A DNA stretch of 64,000 nt from Polyangiales bacterium (lineage in GTDB: Bacteria; Myxococcota_A; Polyangia; Polyangiales; Polyangiaceae), in the NCBI GenBank assembly GCA_038231275.1, contig JBBRLQ010000012.1, forward strand, positions 128,001 through 192,000, read 5' to 3'. Shown piece after piece: positions 18,079 through 29,398 of the stretch. Numbering within the stretch: the stretch's first letter is position 1; each line of letters starts with the position of its first letter. The position numbers and the translations under genes were made by a program. The notes beneath the pieces are model-generated. The model was not told the origin of the DNA. It searched no databases and saw only the letters and a program-made list of their open reading frames with translations.

Positions 18079-19061
18079 GTGTATCCGAACGGATTGCGGT
18101 GGATTCGAGCGGGATTTGCGGCGGTCGCCGTCGGCTCAATCACGCCCGCTGTGCGCGCGGATGCACCTCGACCGACTCCTGCGCCGACCGCGCCGACCTC
18201 GGGCGAGGCGGACCGGGCGGCGGCGCACGAGGCGTACGAGCAAGGCAAGGCGGCGTTCGCGGCGCGCGATTTCCTCCGCGCCGGGCAGCTTTTCCTGGAT
18301 GCGTACGCGCGGGCGCCGCACCACGATCCGCTCTGGAACGCCGCGCGCGCCTTCGATCTCGGCGGCGAGGCGGCGCGCGCCGCGAACCTCTACACGCGCT
18401 ACCTCGAGGTCGCGCCGCCCGACGGGCTCGATCGCGATCGCGCCACCGCCGCGCGCAAGGAGCTCGCGACGCGCCTCGGGCGGCTCGACGTCGTAGCGCG
18501 CGGCGTCGACGCCGTGAAGGTCGACGGCGTCGCGATCGAAGGGACCACCACGTACGTCGCGCCCGGCGACCACGTCGTCACGGGGCGCGCGCGCGACGGG
18601 GCCTCGAGAGACGTCCGCGCGCAGATCAAGGTCGCCGCCGGGGCGTCCGCCAGTGTCGTCCTCGAGCCGCCCCCGCCTGCGGCTCCGCCACCGCCGCCGC
18701 CATCCTCCTCCTCGACTGCAGCGACTATGCCGGTGCGCGCCGAGCCGCGGGGGCCACGCGTCCTGCCCTCGAGCGTCGTGTGGATCGGCGCCGGTCTCAC
18801 AGCGGCGCTCGGCGTCGTCACCGTCGTGAGCGGCCTCGACACGCTCGACGCGAAGCACCGCTACGACACGGCGCCGACGGGCAGCCTGCTCGACTCGGGT
18901 CGCGCGAAGGAGACACGCACGAACGTCCTCTTCTGGTCGACGATCGGCGTCGGCACACTCACCGGCATCGCCGCTCGCTTCTTCGTCGATTGGCTTTCGT
19001 CGGGCACCGCCGTGCGCGCGCAGCTCGGGCCGATGTCCGCGCGCATCGAGGGCACGTTCCC

Positions 19062-19065
<4 letters not shown>
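18079..19065 (+). CDS. Secreted TPR + PEGA-like protein
   Basis: Signal peptide (VRA), TPR helices, PEGA-like VDG...APGDHVV, Pro linker, two hydrophobic helices, C-terminal IEGTFP; start uncertain. Confidence 0.75.
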
Positions 19066-20359
<1,294 letters not shown>

Positions 20360-20360
<1 letters not shown>

Positions 20361-20776
20361 TGCGACGCGCCCACGCCCTCGCGTCTCTCTTCGCGCTCTC
20401 CTTCCCGGGACCGTGCGCGACCTTCGACGGCGTCGCGCCTCCGGTGGAGGAGGTGGTCGACGCCGCGGCCGATGCGCCCATCGACGACGCCGGCACGTTC
20501 TCCGCGTGCGACTCCGGCATCCGGTTCGAGTTCGAGGGCGACGCCGGGTGTCAGGACGCCGTCGACAAGAACTGCTGCGTCTTCGAGACCGAGTGCGCGG
20601 GGGACGACGCGTGCGTGAAGTGGATCGCGTGCGTCAACGCGTGCCCTGCTCCACGCACCGGTCCGTGCGTCACCAAGTGCGGGAGCACGCGCGACGCGAG
20701 CTTCGGGAACGCGCTCACCGGACTCTCGAGCTGCCGCGCGGCGCTCGACGCGGCCAGCATCTGCAGCTGGCCGTGA
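20360..20776 (+). CDS. Cys-rich secreted protein/lipoprotein
   Basis: Signal-like N-terminus, DAG linker, C..CC...C..C...C...C helical pattern; TGATG coupling to the kinase gene. Confidence 0.7.
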
Positions 20777-20809
20777 GCGTCGCCTGCCGGGCGTATCTCG
20801 CGAGTTCGC

Positions 20810-22264
20810 CTACTTCGACTTCTGGAGGAAGATCGTCGCCGCGAGGCACATCTCGTCGAGCGTCGTTTCGCCGAGCCTCACGTCGTGCGGCGCCGAGAGT
20901 CCCTGATCGGCGAGCGCCTGCGCCATGAACGGGTTCGACGTCGTGTTGTCGTACGTGCACTTCACCGTCAGCTTGTCCCCGGGGCCGACGACCGGGAGAC
21001 TCTCGATCGCTGCGTCGTAGGTGTACATGCGCTGCCAGTTGAAGTTCCAGGACGGTACTTGCAGCATGCACTCGGTGTTGCCCGCCGCGTGATCGATCCA
21101 GACCTTCTCGGCGTTGCCGATCAGGTGCATGTGCGCGGCGACGCCGTAGACGTAGGTGGTCGGCGTGGTCTTCGGGAGCGTGATGCGCATCGTCTCGGTG
21201 TGACCGCTGACGTTCGCGGGGATCTTGAACTCGGTCTTTCCGTTGTCGTCCGGGCCCGGCAAGAGGCCGTCGGCGCCGTTCGGCCCATTGAAGTTGCCGA
21301 TGAGGCGCGTCACCGCCGTGTACTCGGGCAGCGTGTCGCTCAGGCGGAGCTGGATCTTGGTCGCGTCGGGCGAGAAGTCCTGCCCGTGCGGGTGGTAGTG
21401 GATCTGCATGACGAGGAGCGTCCCCGCGGCAAGCGGCACGCCCGCGTTCGACGGCAGCTCGACGGGACCGGCGCCAGGCGCCCACGCGGCGACCAGATTC
21501 GGCTGGCTCACGCCGGGTCCGCCGAAGCAGTCGTAGCTCCCCGACGCATCGGCGAGCTTCGCGGCATCCCCCTTCGCATCTGAATAGAGGAGGACATGGT
21601 GGACGATCTCTTTGTTGCCCGGGACGAAGAACGAGCCATTCAAGTAGCGCGTCGCGGTGAGCTTCGGATCGATGACGAAGCAGCGGAACGTGTCCTTCGT
21701 CATGGACGTGATCGCGTACGGGCTCGGCGCCGTGGTGAAGTTGGCGTTCGGCAAGTCCGTCGGATCGGACGCGCGCGGAGGCGGCGCGTCCTTGGGGTCC
21801 CCCTCCGGCGTGCCGTTGTCCTTCCACGCCTTGAACGTCGCGATCTGCGCGTCGGTGAGGCGCATGTCGTGGAGCCACGGCCGCGCGGACGTGCAGTCGG
21901 CGCTGTCCTGCGCGCCCCACGGCGGCATCGTGCGGCTCGCGGTCTGATCGACCATCGGGCCGATCATCGCCTTCGCGTCGCCGTACGACGTCAGCGAGAA
22001 CGGGGCGATGCCGCCCTGCGTGTGGCACGTCTGGCAATGATCCTGCACGATCGGCGCGACGTCCTTCGTGTACGTGACGCCGTTCACGGTCCCGGACCCT
22101 CCGCCCTCTTGGCCGCCGCCCCCGTCGGCGCCGCTCCCATCCGCGGGTGACGATCCGTCGGACGACGCGGCGCTTCCGCCGAAGCATCCGTAGAGCGCGG
22201 CGCCAAGGACGAGCGCGGTGAAGGTGGAGGCCGGGAAAGCTGACGTCGACGTTCCGCGAATCAT
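20810..22264 (-). CDS. Lipoprotein: c-type heme domain + copper type II ascorbate-dependent monooxygenase (PHM/DBH-like) domains
   Basis: LYGC lipobox, CQTCH heme motif, MPPW, Cu ligands VHH, IHYH, HMH and EMC. Confidence 0.85.
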   Translation of the reverse strand: MIRGTSTSAFPASTFTALVLGAALYGCFGGSAASSDGSSPADGSGADGGGGQEGGGSGTVNGVTYTKDVAPIVQDHCQTCHTQGGIAPFSLTSYGDAKAMIGPMVDQTASRTMPPWGAQDSADCTSARPWLHDMRLTDAQIATFKAWKDNGTPEGDPKDAPPPRASDPTDLPNANFTTAPSPYAITSMTKDTFRCFVIDPKLTATRYLNGSFFVPGNKEIVHHVLLYSDAKGDAAKLADASGSYDCFGGPGVSQPNLVAAWAPGAGPVELPSNAGVPLAAGTLLVMQIHYHPHGQDFSPDATKIQLRLSDTLPEYTAVTRLIGNFNGPNGADGLLPGPDDNGKTEFKIPANVSGHTETMRITLPKTTPTTYVYGVAAHMHLIGNAEKVWIDHAAGNTECMLQVPSWNFNWQRMYTYDAAIESLPVVGPGDKLTVKCTYDNTTSNPFMAQALADQGLSAPHDVRLGETTLDEMCLAATIFLQKSK

Positions 22265-22436
22265 GAAGTGCCCCTTTCGGTGCGTGCCGTAAAAGATGAT
22301 GTTGCTCCTTGGACACGGCGGCGGGCCTAACGTGAAACGGCGCGCGTGCACTTCGTGATTATTTTTCGATACCTGGACCTCCGGCGGTCCACCCGCACTT
22401 GCGCCCGACGCAGGGCCCCGTAGCCTTAGGGACCAA

Positions 22437-24869
22437 GTGCGTCTCGCTTCTTTCGCCAAGGCCACGGCCACCCTCGCCGCGATCTCCGCCACGGCATCGG
22501 CCGCGCCCACCGCGCCGAGCGGAGCGCACCCGCGCATCTGGCTCACCGCCCCCACCGTCACCGCGCTGAAGGCCAACGCGGCGAAGGGCGGCACCGCCGC
22601 CGCGTCGGTCGTGACCAAGTGCAAGGACATCGCCGCCAACCCGAGCAAGTACTCGGACGGCATCTTCATGGGCTACGGCTTCGGCTACGCGGCGGCGACG
22701 TGCGCGATGGCGTGGCAGCTCACGAAGGACGCGAGCTACGCCGCCGCCGGGATCCGGCAATGGCGCGCGCTGCTCGACGACTTCCAGACGCTCGGCGACG
22801 GCGCGGGCGGCGACTCCACGGTGAGCGGCGCGCACGACAACGGCTACGCGATGCGCTACTTCGGCTCGTTCACCGCCATCGCGTACGACTGGATGCATGA
22901 CGCGCCCGGCGTCGATTCCCAGCTCCTCCAAACCTCGCGAGATCGCTTCAAGGCGTGGGTCGACTGGGAGGAGGCGAACGGCTACCTCCACGACGTCGCG
23001 GGCTCGAACTACCAAGCCGGCTACGTCATCGGGAAGAGCATGATCGCGATCGCCGCGTCCGGCGAGGACGACGGCTCGGCGGCGAAGTACTGGGCCGACG
23101 TCGTCGACACGATGTGGAACAAGGAGAACCTCGGCCCCAAAGGAGCAGGCGCTGGCGGACCGCTCGCGGGCGGCGACTGGCCGGAGGGCTGGGAGTACGG
23201 CGAGCTCGGCGTGCTCGAGTACGCGATGTCCCTGCGCGCGGTCGAAGAGCAAGGCGCGAGCCTCCCTGCCGGCCACGACTATTTTTCGGCGCTCGGCCTC
23301 AACTACGAGTACGCGCTAACGCCCGACCAGAAAGGCTTCTTCATCGGCGGCGACTACGGCAACGCGGCGATCGCGGCGCCCAACAAGCCGCCGGGCACCG
23401 AGCCGCTCCTCGCGATCATGATCGGCGCCGGGGACGAGGCCGCGGGCTGGGCGGCGTTCCTCCACAAGAGCGTCGTAAAAACCGTCGCCGATGGGCTCGT
23501 GTACGAGGCAATCGCCGAAGCGCGTGGCGTGATGGCAACGAGTTACACGGCGACGCCGCGCCCCCTCTATTACGTCACGCCCGGCACGCGAAAGCTCTAC
23601 GCGCGCTCGAGCGCCGATCCCGGCGCGTTCTGGGGTGTGTTCGTCTCTGCGCCGCATTTCCTCGTCGATCACCAGCACCTCGACGCGTCGACGTTCGTGT
23701 TCTCGCGCGGCGGCGACTCGCTGGTCGTCGATCCGTCGCCGTACGGCTCGCTGTCGTCGCTCACCAGCAACGCGCTCACGGTGGACTCGAAGACCGTGCA
23801 GTCGGACTACCGCCCCAGCCAGTCGCCGCGATCCGCCGCGAGCCTCGCTTGGGCGCGCGCGACGGCGAGCGGCGTGGCGGCGGCGCGCGCGGAGCTCGTT
23901 CACGCGTTCGACGACGACACGGGCAAGAGCGACGTGCCTTACGCGCGACGCGACTGGGCGCTCCTGCCGGAGGGTGAGGTGGTCGTGCTCGATCGCGTGC
24001 GCACCGACGACGCCGCGCGAAAGACGTACCTCCGCTTCCGTTCTCCGTCGGCGTTCACGCTCGGCGCGGGGAATGTCGCCACCGCGACGGTCGGCGGATC
24101 GAAGCTCGTCGTCCACCCGGTCACGCTCTCGGGCGGCACGCCGGCGACCAAGACGTACAAAGGGGACAACGGATCGCCGTGCAGCAACGGCTCCTTCGGC
24201 GTCTGCACCGCGGCGCGCTTCGACGTCGGCGAGTACGCGCTCGAAATTCCGGGGCCGCAAGCGCTCGCGGTGCACGTCCTCGACGGGCTCGCCACCGCCG
24301 ACGCGCCGAGCGACGCGGTCGCGATCGGCGATCCGGCGGTCGTCGGCGCGCGCGTCACGCGCGGAGGCTCGCGCACCTTCGTCCTCGGCTCCAGCGCGAC
24401 GGACGGCGCCGCCGGCCCCACGCTCGCGTACTCGGCGACCGGAGATCAGCCTGCGCGCCACGTCGTCTTCGACGCCCCGGAGGACGCGACCGGCACGTCG
24501 AACGTCACCGCGCACGCCGACGGCGAGAAGTGCGCGGTCGCCATCACCGCCGGCACCGGCGCAGGCGCGTTCGCGGGTCGTCCGCTCGTCTTCCAGCTCT
24601 CCGCCGCGAAGGATGGATGCACCGCGACCGAGGAGAAGGCCGCGCCGCCACCGACGACCACTCCGGGCGGTGGCGGCGGTTCCGACGGCGGCGTCGGCGA
24701 AGGCGGGCTCCCCAACAGCGACTCTCCCGCGGGCGGCGGCGGCAGCTCCGGCGGATGCGGTTGCCACGTCCTCCCCACCTCAACCGGTGCCGGCGCCGCG
24801 CTCTCTACCGGCGCCCTCGTCCTCGGCGCCGCCCTCGCCCGCGCCCGCCGTCGCCGCCGCCGCGTCTGA
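22437..24869 (+). CDS. Heparinase II/III-like (polysaccharide-lyase-type) surface protein with MYXO-CTERM
   Basis: HPRIWLT, SNY, GGDWPEGWEYG and HQHLD motifs; C-terminal GGCGC-hydrophobic helix-RRRRRR. Confidence 0.75.
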   Translation: MRLASFAKATATLAAISATASAAPTAPSGAHPRIWLTAPTVTALKANAAKGGTAAASVVTKCKDIAANPSKYSDGIFMGYGFGYAAATCAMAWQLTKDASYAAAGIRQWRALLDDFQTLGDGAGGDSTVSGAHDNGYAMRYFGSFTAIAYDWMHDAPGVDSQLLQTSRDRFKAWVDWEEANGYLHDVAGSNYQAGYVIGKSMIAIAASGEDDGSAAKYWADVVDTMWNKENLGPKGAGAGGPLAGGDWPEGWEYGELGVLEYAMSLRAVEEQGASLPAGHDYFSALGLNYEYALTPDQKGFFIGGDYGNAAIAAPNKPPGTEPLLAIMIGAGDEAAGWAAFLHKSVVKTVADGLVYEAIAEARGVMATSYTATPRPLYYVTPGTRKLYARSSADPGAFWGVFVSAPHFLVDHQHLDASTFVFSRGGDSLVVDPSPYGSLSSLTSNALTVDSKTVQSDYRPSQSPRSAASLAWARATASGVAAARAELVHAFDDDTGKSDVPYARRDWALLPEGEVVVLDRVRTDDAARKTYLRFRSPSAFTLGAGNVATATVGGSKLVVHPVTLSGGTPATKTYKGDNGSPCSNGSFGVCTAARFDVGEYALEIPGPQALAVHVLDGLATADAPSDAVAIGDPAVVGARVTRGGSRTFVLGSSATDGAAGPTLAYSATGDQPARHVVFDAPEDATGTSNVTAHADGEKCAVAITAGTGAGAFAGRPLVFQLSAAKDGCTATEEKAAPPPTTTPGGGGGSDGGVGEGGLPNSDSPAGGGGSSGGCGCHVLPTSTGAGAALSTGALVLGAALARARRRRRRV

Positions 24870-24904
24870 ATCTGGCGGTGCGACACGAAGGTGGGTGCGA
24901 AAGC

Positions 24905-24920
24905 TGTCCCTGTTGGGACA
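24905..24920 (+). promoter_or_regulatory. Candidate enhancer-binding-protein site (TGT-N10-ACA palindrome)
   Basis: TGTCCC-tgtt-GGGACA, about 105-120 bp upstream of the sigma54 motif at 25025. Confidence 0.45.
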
Positions 24921-25024
24921 CTCCTGTCACGGCGCGTTAGGGGGTTAACGGGGTGCTTCTCGCATCCTTGCCAAAATTCGTAACGATTTCGCGTGTCATT
25001 TGTTTTACGCAGTGCGTTGCAATC

Positions 25025-25040
25025 TGGCCCGAGCTTTGCT
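25025..25040 (+). promoter_or_regulatory. Sigma54 (-24/-12) promoter
   Basis: TGGCCCGAGCTTTGCT (GG-N10-GC), preceded by an AT-rich tract. Confidence 0.65.
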
Positions 25041-25055
25041 CTAAGTACCGCCGTC

Positions 25056-25295
25056 ATGTCCGTATCGGCAGTCCCCTCCTCCCCTGTTCTCGTCGCTGTA
25101 CCCCCGCCTCCCCCCCCGTCCTCGAAGACCGGTGGCGAGGGCAAGGGTGGCGCCAGCGCGATGAAGCTCGGTCTTCGGATGCCCTCGCTGCGCCCGTCGA
25201 CGCCGCGCATCGACGAGTTCGCCGGGCTGGACCGCCTCGATCGCGACGAGCTCGACGAGGACTACGTCCCGCCGTCACGAAAGCGCGTCGCCTAG
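25056..25295 (+). CDS. Small hypothetical protein (79 aa, low complexity)
   Basis: ORF directly after the sigma54 motif, with GC-rich third codon positions; no recognisable domain. Confidence 0.55.
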   Translation: MSVSAVPSSPVLVAVPPPPPPSSKTGGEGKGGASAMKLGLRMPSLRPSTPRIDEFAGLDRLDRDELDEDYVPPSRKRVA

Positions 25296-25317
25296 TCACG
25301 TCGCCTCGTGCAGCGGC

Positions 25318-26559
25318 TCAGTAGAGGATGCGCGTCTTGACGCTCGTAGGGAGCGTCGCGATGGCCTTCTTCACGTCGTTCGCGACGTCGTGATCGAGAT
25401 CCATGATGAGGTAACCGATCCCCGCGTCCGTCGCGAGGAGCTGGCTACGGATGTTGGCGTTCTTGTCGCTGACGATCTTGTTGATGTCGCGGAGGACGCC
25501 GGGCACGTTCTTGTGCACGTTGAGGACGCGGTGCGCTCCGGGCATGTGCGGGAGCTCGATCTGCGGAAAATTCACGGCGCCGGTGGTCGCGCCGCTGTTG
25601 ACGTATTTGACGAGGCTCGTCGCCACCTCGCGGCCGATCGCCTCTTGGGCCTCCATCGTCGAGCCGCCGATGTGCGGCGTGAGGAGCACGTTGGGGAGGC
25701 CGCGCAGGGGTGTGGCGAAGTCGTCGGTGTTCGACTCCGGCTCCTCCGGGTAGACGTCGATCGCCGCGCCGCCGACGTGGCCGCGCTTGATGCCGTCGAC
25801 GAGCGCGTCGATGACGACGACCGTGCCGCGCGACGCGTTGATGAGGCAGGCGCCGGGCTTCATCTGCGCGATCTCGGCCTCGCCGATGAGCCACTTGGTC
25901 TGCGGCGTCGCCGGCACGTGGAGCGCCACGAAGTCGCTGTTTGCAAGCAGCTCGCCGAGCGTGGGCACCGAGCGGTTGTTGCCCATCGGGAGCTTGGTCT
26001 GGATGTCGTGGAAGAGGACGCGCATTCCCATCGCCTCGGCGAGCACTCCGACCTGCGAGCCGATGTGGCCGTACCCGACGAGGCCGAGCGTCTTGCCTCG
26101 GACCTCGGTGGAGCCCTCGGCGACCTTGCGCCATTTTCCATCGTGCACCTCGCGCGAGCGATCACCGAGGTGGCGCGCCAGCACGATGACCTCACCGATC
26201 ATCAGCTCGGCGACGCTGCGCGTGTTGGAGAACGGCGCGTTGAAGACCGGGATGCCGCCGATGTTCGCCGCGTCGAGGTTCACTTGGTTGGTGCCGATGC
26301 AAAAGCAGCCGAGCGTGAGCAGGCGGCGCGCGTCGGCGAGGACGTTGGCGGTCACCTGCGTCTTGCTTCGGATGCCGAGCACGTGCGCGTCCGCCACTTT
26401 GCGCCGCAGCTCGTCCTCGCTCAGCGCCCCTTTCACGACCTCGATCTGGAAACCCTCGACGCCGAAAATCGCGTGCGCGCTCGGGTGCACGTTCTCGAGC
26501 AAGAGGACCTTGATGTCTTCCTTCGGGTAGGAGGTGACGGGGAGGGACGGTTGGCTCAT
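25318..26559 (-). CDS. serA: D-3-phosphoglycerate dehydrogenase
   Basis: GIRSKT, FCIGTNQV, NAPFSNTRSVAE, GYGHIG, TPHIGGST, C-terminal ACT domain. Confidence 0.96.
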   Translation of the reverse strand: MSQPSLPVTSYPKEDIKVLLLENVHPSAHAIFGVEGFQIEVVKGALSEDELRRKVADAHVLGIRSKTQVTANVLADARRLLTLGCFCIGTNQVNLDAANIGGIPVFNAPFSNTRSVAELMIGEVIVLARHLGDRSREVHDGKWRKVAEGSTEVRGKTLGLVGYGHIGSQVGVLAEAMGMRVLFHDIQTKLPMGNNRSVPTLGELLANSDFVALHVPATPQTKWLIGEAEIAQMKPGACLINASRGTVVVIDALVDGIKRGHVGGAAIDVYPEEPESNTDDFATPLRGLPNVLLTPHIGGSTMEAQEAIGREVATSLVKYVNSGATTGAVNFPQIELPHMPGAHRVLNVHKNVPGVLRDINKIVSDKNANIRSQLLATDAGIGYLIMDLDHDVANDVKKAIATLPTSVKTRILY

Positions 26560-26642
26560 TTCGGTAGCCTCTTATACCGCACCGGGCCTCAAAACCACCG
26601 GTGGCGCGAATGTGGGGAACGGGTCAGGCTACCAAGCCTACG

Positions 26643-27689
26643 ATGCGTGTCCCTACCCTGCTCGTCGCGGTCTCGTTGCCTTTCGCCGCCCTCGCGATCC
26701 CCGCGTGCTCGTCGAGCAGCACCACGCCCCCGACGCCGATCGGCCCCACCGGGAGCACCACGGGGACGTGCTCCGGCGACGCGGCCGCGTGCGTCAGCGG
26801 CACGCTCATCACGCGCGGCTTCAACGTGCCGTTCACGTCGGCCAAGGTCCAGCTCTACGCGGTCTTTCCGTACGGCAAGAGCACGCCGGTCGCCGAGGCC
26901 TCCGTCACCGGGGAGGGCAAGTACGCCTTCTCCGGCGTCGATCCCGCCGGCCGCTACTACGTGCAAGGCGTCGCGCGCTTCGGAAGCGGTACGGGCGCCG
27001 CTGCGGTCGCGACGGTAGCGGGTCCATTCACGTTGCCGCTCGCGCAGGCCGTCGAGCTCCACGTTCGCCCGGTGTTCCTCGAGGCGCTCCAGCAGCGGCC
27101 GACCGGCGGCGCCCTCGCGTTGTCGTGGGCATCGGCCCACGTCTACGATCCAGGCACCGCCGCAGAGCTCCTCGACGCGAAGGTCACGCTTCACGCCGAT
27201 GCGCAGGCGCTCGACATGCCCTTCACGACGAACCTGAGCGGGCAGAAGAGTTACTTCGTCCAGCTCACGACGAAGAGCGCGCCTGCGGCGATCGGCATCG
27301 ACGTCGCGCACGCGTCGTTCGTCGGCGGCGCGACGTACTCGCTCGCACCGGAGACTCCGGATTTCGATCCGGCGATCGCGCAGCCGGCGGATCAGGCGCA
27401 GATCGCGATCGGACAGCCGCTCGACGTCACGTGGACGGCCAGCCCGCGCGCGGCGTACGCGATCGTCGAGCTCTTCGCGGCGGCGCCGGGCGGCGGCTTC
27501 ACTGCGCTCTACGCGTCCGACGCGCCGCGCCTGCCCACGGTGACGAAGGAGACGATCCCAGCGTCGAAGCTGACCGCCGCAGGCATGTACCTGCTGAACG
27601 TCCAGATGTCGCGCCCCAGCTGCCCGACCACCGCAGACGGATGCGTGTACAATGCATCTACCGCGGCCGTGAACCTGACGGCGAAGTAG
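26643..27689 (+). CDS. Lipoprotein, hypothetical (Ig/carboxypeptidase-regulatory-like beta domains)
   Basis: IPAC lipobox; VSGTL...GKYAFSGV..GRYYV pattern. Confidence 0.7.
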   Translation: MRVPTLLVAVSLPFAALAIPACSSSSTTPPTPIGPTGSTTGTCSGDAAACVSGTLITRGFNVPFTSAKVQLYAVFPYGKSTPVAEASVTGEGKYAFSGVDPAGRYYVQGVARFGSGTGAAAVATVAGPFTLPLAQAVELHVRPVFLEALQQRPTGGALALSWASAHVYDPGTAAELLDAKVTLHADAQALDMPFTTNLSGQKSYFVQLTTKSAPAAIGIDVAHASFVGGATYSLAPETPDFDPAIAQPADQAQIAIGQPLDVTWTASPRAAYAIVELFAAAPGGGFTALYASDAPRLPTVTKETIPASKLTAAGMYLLNVQMSRPSCPTTADGCVYNASTAAVNLTAK

Positions 27690-27719
27690 TCAGGGCTGCT
27701 CGGCAGGCAGCGGCCGCGA

Positions 27720-28763
27720 TCAGAACGAGCCGCGCACGCCGGCCGAGCCGAGGCCGACCCACGGCGTGACGGACGCGGCGTGGCCTTCCTTCTTGCCCTC
27801 GCCGCTCCACAAGATGAGGCCGATCACACCGACCGCGGCGCCAGCCCCGCCGACGATGAAGCCGATCGTGGAGACGGTGGCCAGCGAATTGGCGGAGTCG
27901 ATGTCGCTCTGCTGGGACGCCGGGCACGTGTTGCCTTTGCAGTTGCTCTTGATGCTGCTCGTCTTCGACAGGCTCATGACGCCGGTGATGCTGCCCAGGA
28001 CGAGGCCGGCGCCGGCGACTACCGCGCCGCCGATGAAGAGCGGCTTACCGATGCCGCCAGAGCTCTCGACCGGAGGAGGAGGAGGAGGCGGAGGTGGAGG
28101 TGCGACGATCGGACCGGTGCTCGCGACGAGCTCGAGCTTCACGTCGAGGTGCTGCGCCTCGGCGAGATCGACCTCGGCCTTCGCCTGCTTTCCGCCCGCC
28201 GAGCCGGTGATCGTATGATGACCGGGGTTCAGCGTGCGGGGCATGCCGAGGGAGGCGGCGGGGATGCCGGCGCCGTCGACGGTGACGTTCGGGATCGCGC
28301 CGGGCTCCGCGCCGGAGACGACGAGGGTGACCGTCGGGATCTTCTTCACGAGATCCTCGGAGAGCTGGCGGGCCTCTTCGCGCGCGCGCGTGAACGGCGG
28401 TGGATCTTCTTGTTCGGGCTGCGAGCGGGCGACGCGCAGCGCGGTGTCGCGCGCCTCGACGAGGAGCGAGAGCGCGACCTGGGTGCGCGCGACCTCCATG
28501 CCCGTCGTCGGGACCTTCATGATCGCGTCCGCCGCCTGAAACGCCGAGAGCGCGCCCTTCAGATCGTTGGCGGTGCGCTTGTCGCGCGCCTCCGCCATGA
28601 GGCGGCGCGCGGTCTCCTTGTCGGCCGCGTTGGGCTCGGCGTGCGCATCCGCGGGAAACGCGAGGGGGACGCTGACAGCGACCGCCGAGAGGAGCGCGAC
28701 GCGAACGAGCGCACGGGAGAACTTCTCGAAGGAGGCCGTACGACGGTGGGGCTGTTCGCGCAC
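27720..28763 (-). CDS. Secreted TPR + PEGA-like protein
   Basis: AHA signal cleavage site, TPR helices, VTVDG...LNPGHH, Pro linker, two hydrophobic helices around C...C, C-terminal GVRGSF. Confidence 0.78.
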   Translation of the reverse strand: MREQPHRRTASFEKFSRALVRVALLSAVAVSVPLAFPADAHAEPNAADKETARRLMAEARDKRTANDLKGALSAFQAADAIMKVPTTGMEVARTQVALSLLVEARDTALRVARSQPEQEDPPPFTRAREEARQLSEDLVKKIPTVTLVVSGAEPGAIPNVTVDGAGIPAASLGMPRTLNPGHHTITGSAGGKQAKAEVDLAEAQHLDVKLELVASTGPIVAPPPPPPPPPPVESSGGIGKPLFIGGAVVAGAGLVLGSITGVMSLSKTSSIKSNCKGNTCPASQQSDIDSANSLATVSTIGFIVGGAGAAVGVIGLILWSGEGKKEGHAASVTPWVGLGSAGVRGSF

Positions 28764-28809
28764 TTCGGCCAGTCTACAACGAGTCTGCGCCGCCGGGCGA
28801 GGCGCGCGT

Positions 28810-29283
28810 TCAGATCGTCTGCGCGACGCCGCCGCGCCACGGACGCGGACGCGGGTTACCGCCGGCGAGGCGATTGGCGCGGTCGCGCGTCTCACGCGCG
28901 GAGACTCGAAGCTGCCCGGCCTGCGCGCGTCGCTCCTGCGCGGACGCACGGTTCACCGCCGCCTGCGCGGAGAGCTGATTGGCCTGCGCGAGGAGGCGCG
29001 CGCGATCGAGCTCCGCTTGCGTGAAGGCGAGGTTCCGAACCTCCCGCGCGCGCGACGCGAGGTTGTCCGCAGTGCGCTCGAACGAAACGGCGGTCTGGTC
29101 CATCTGACGCGCCCGCGCGTCGAGCCGCGCGGCCTCTTGAAGGAGCTGCGTCACCGGATCCGGCGGCTGCGCGAAGTCGATGTCCTCGACGCGCTCGCCG
29201 CTGGGAGAGCAAGCGCTCGCAGGCTGCGCGACGAAGGCGGCTCCGAACACGGTCACTGCGGCGAGGATGTGGGCGAGCTTCAT
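28810..29283 (-). CDS. Secreted coiled-coil protein
   Basis: GGAGG RBS, signal peptide (ASA-C), Ala/Arg/Gln-rich helical body. Confidence 0.75.
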   Translation of the reverse strand: MKLAHILAAVTVFGAAFVAQPASACSPSGERVEDIDFAQPPDPVTQLLQEAARLDARARQMDQTAVSFERTADNLASRAREVRNLAFTQAELDRARLLAQANQLSAQAAVNRASAQERRAQAGQLRVSARETRDRANRLAGGNPRPRPWRGGVAQTI

Positions 29284-29398
29284 GGACGTGCCTCCGTTCC
29301 CGCTTCAGACGGCCCTCGCGGGCGAAGGATCCATGGAATCGACGAAAAATCGCAACGCGTTGGATTGACGGGAATTTATGGCTAGGTTGGAAGCGACC

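Noticed and set aside
17028..19061. Apparent ~680-aa N-terminal extension of the kinase ORF (1110 aa)
   Set aside because: It overlaps the DUF2804 gene (antisense) and the TPR/PEGA gene (another frame); the GTG at 19062 is coupled to the upstream stop.
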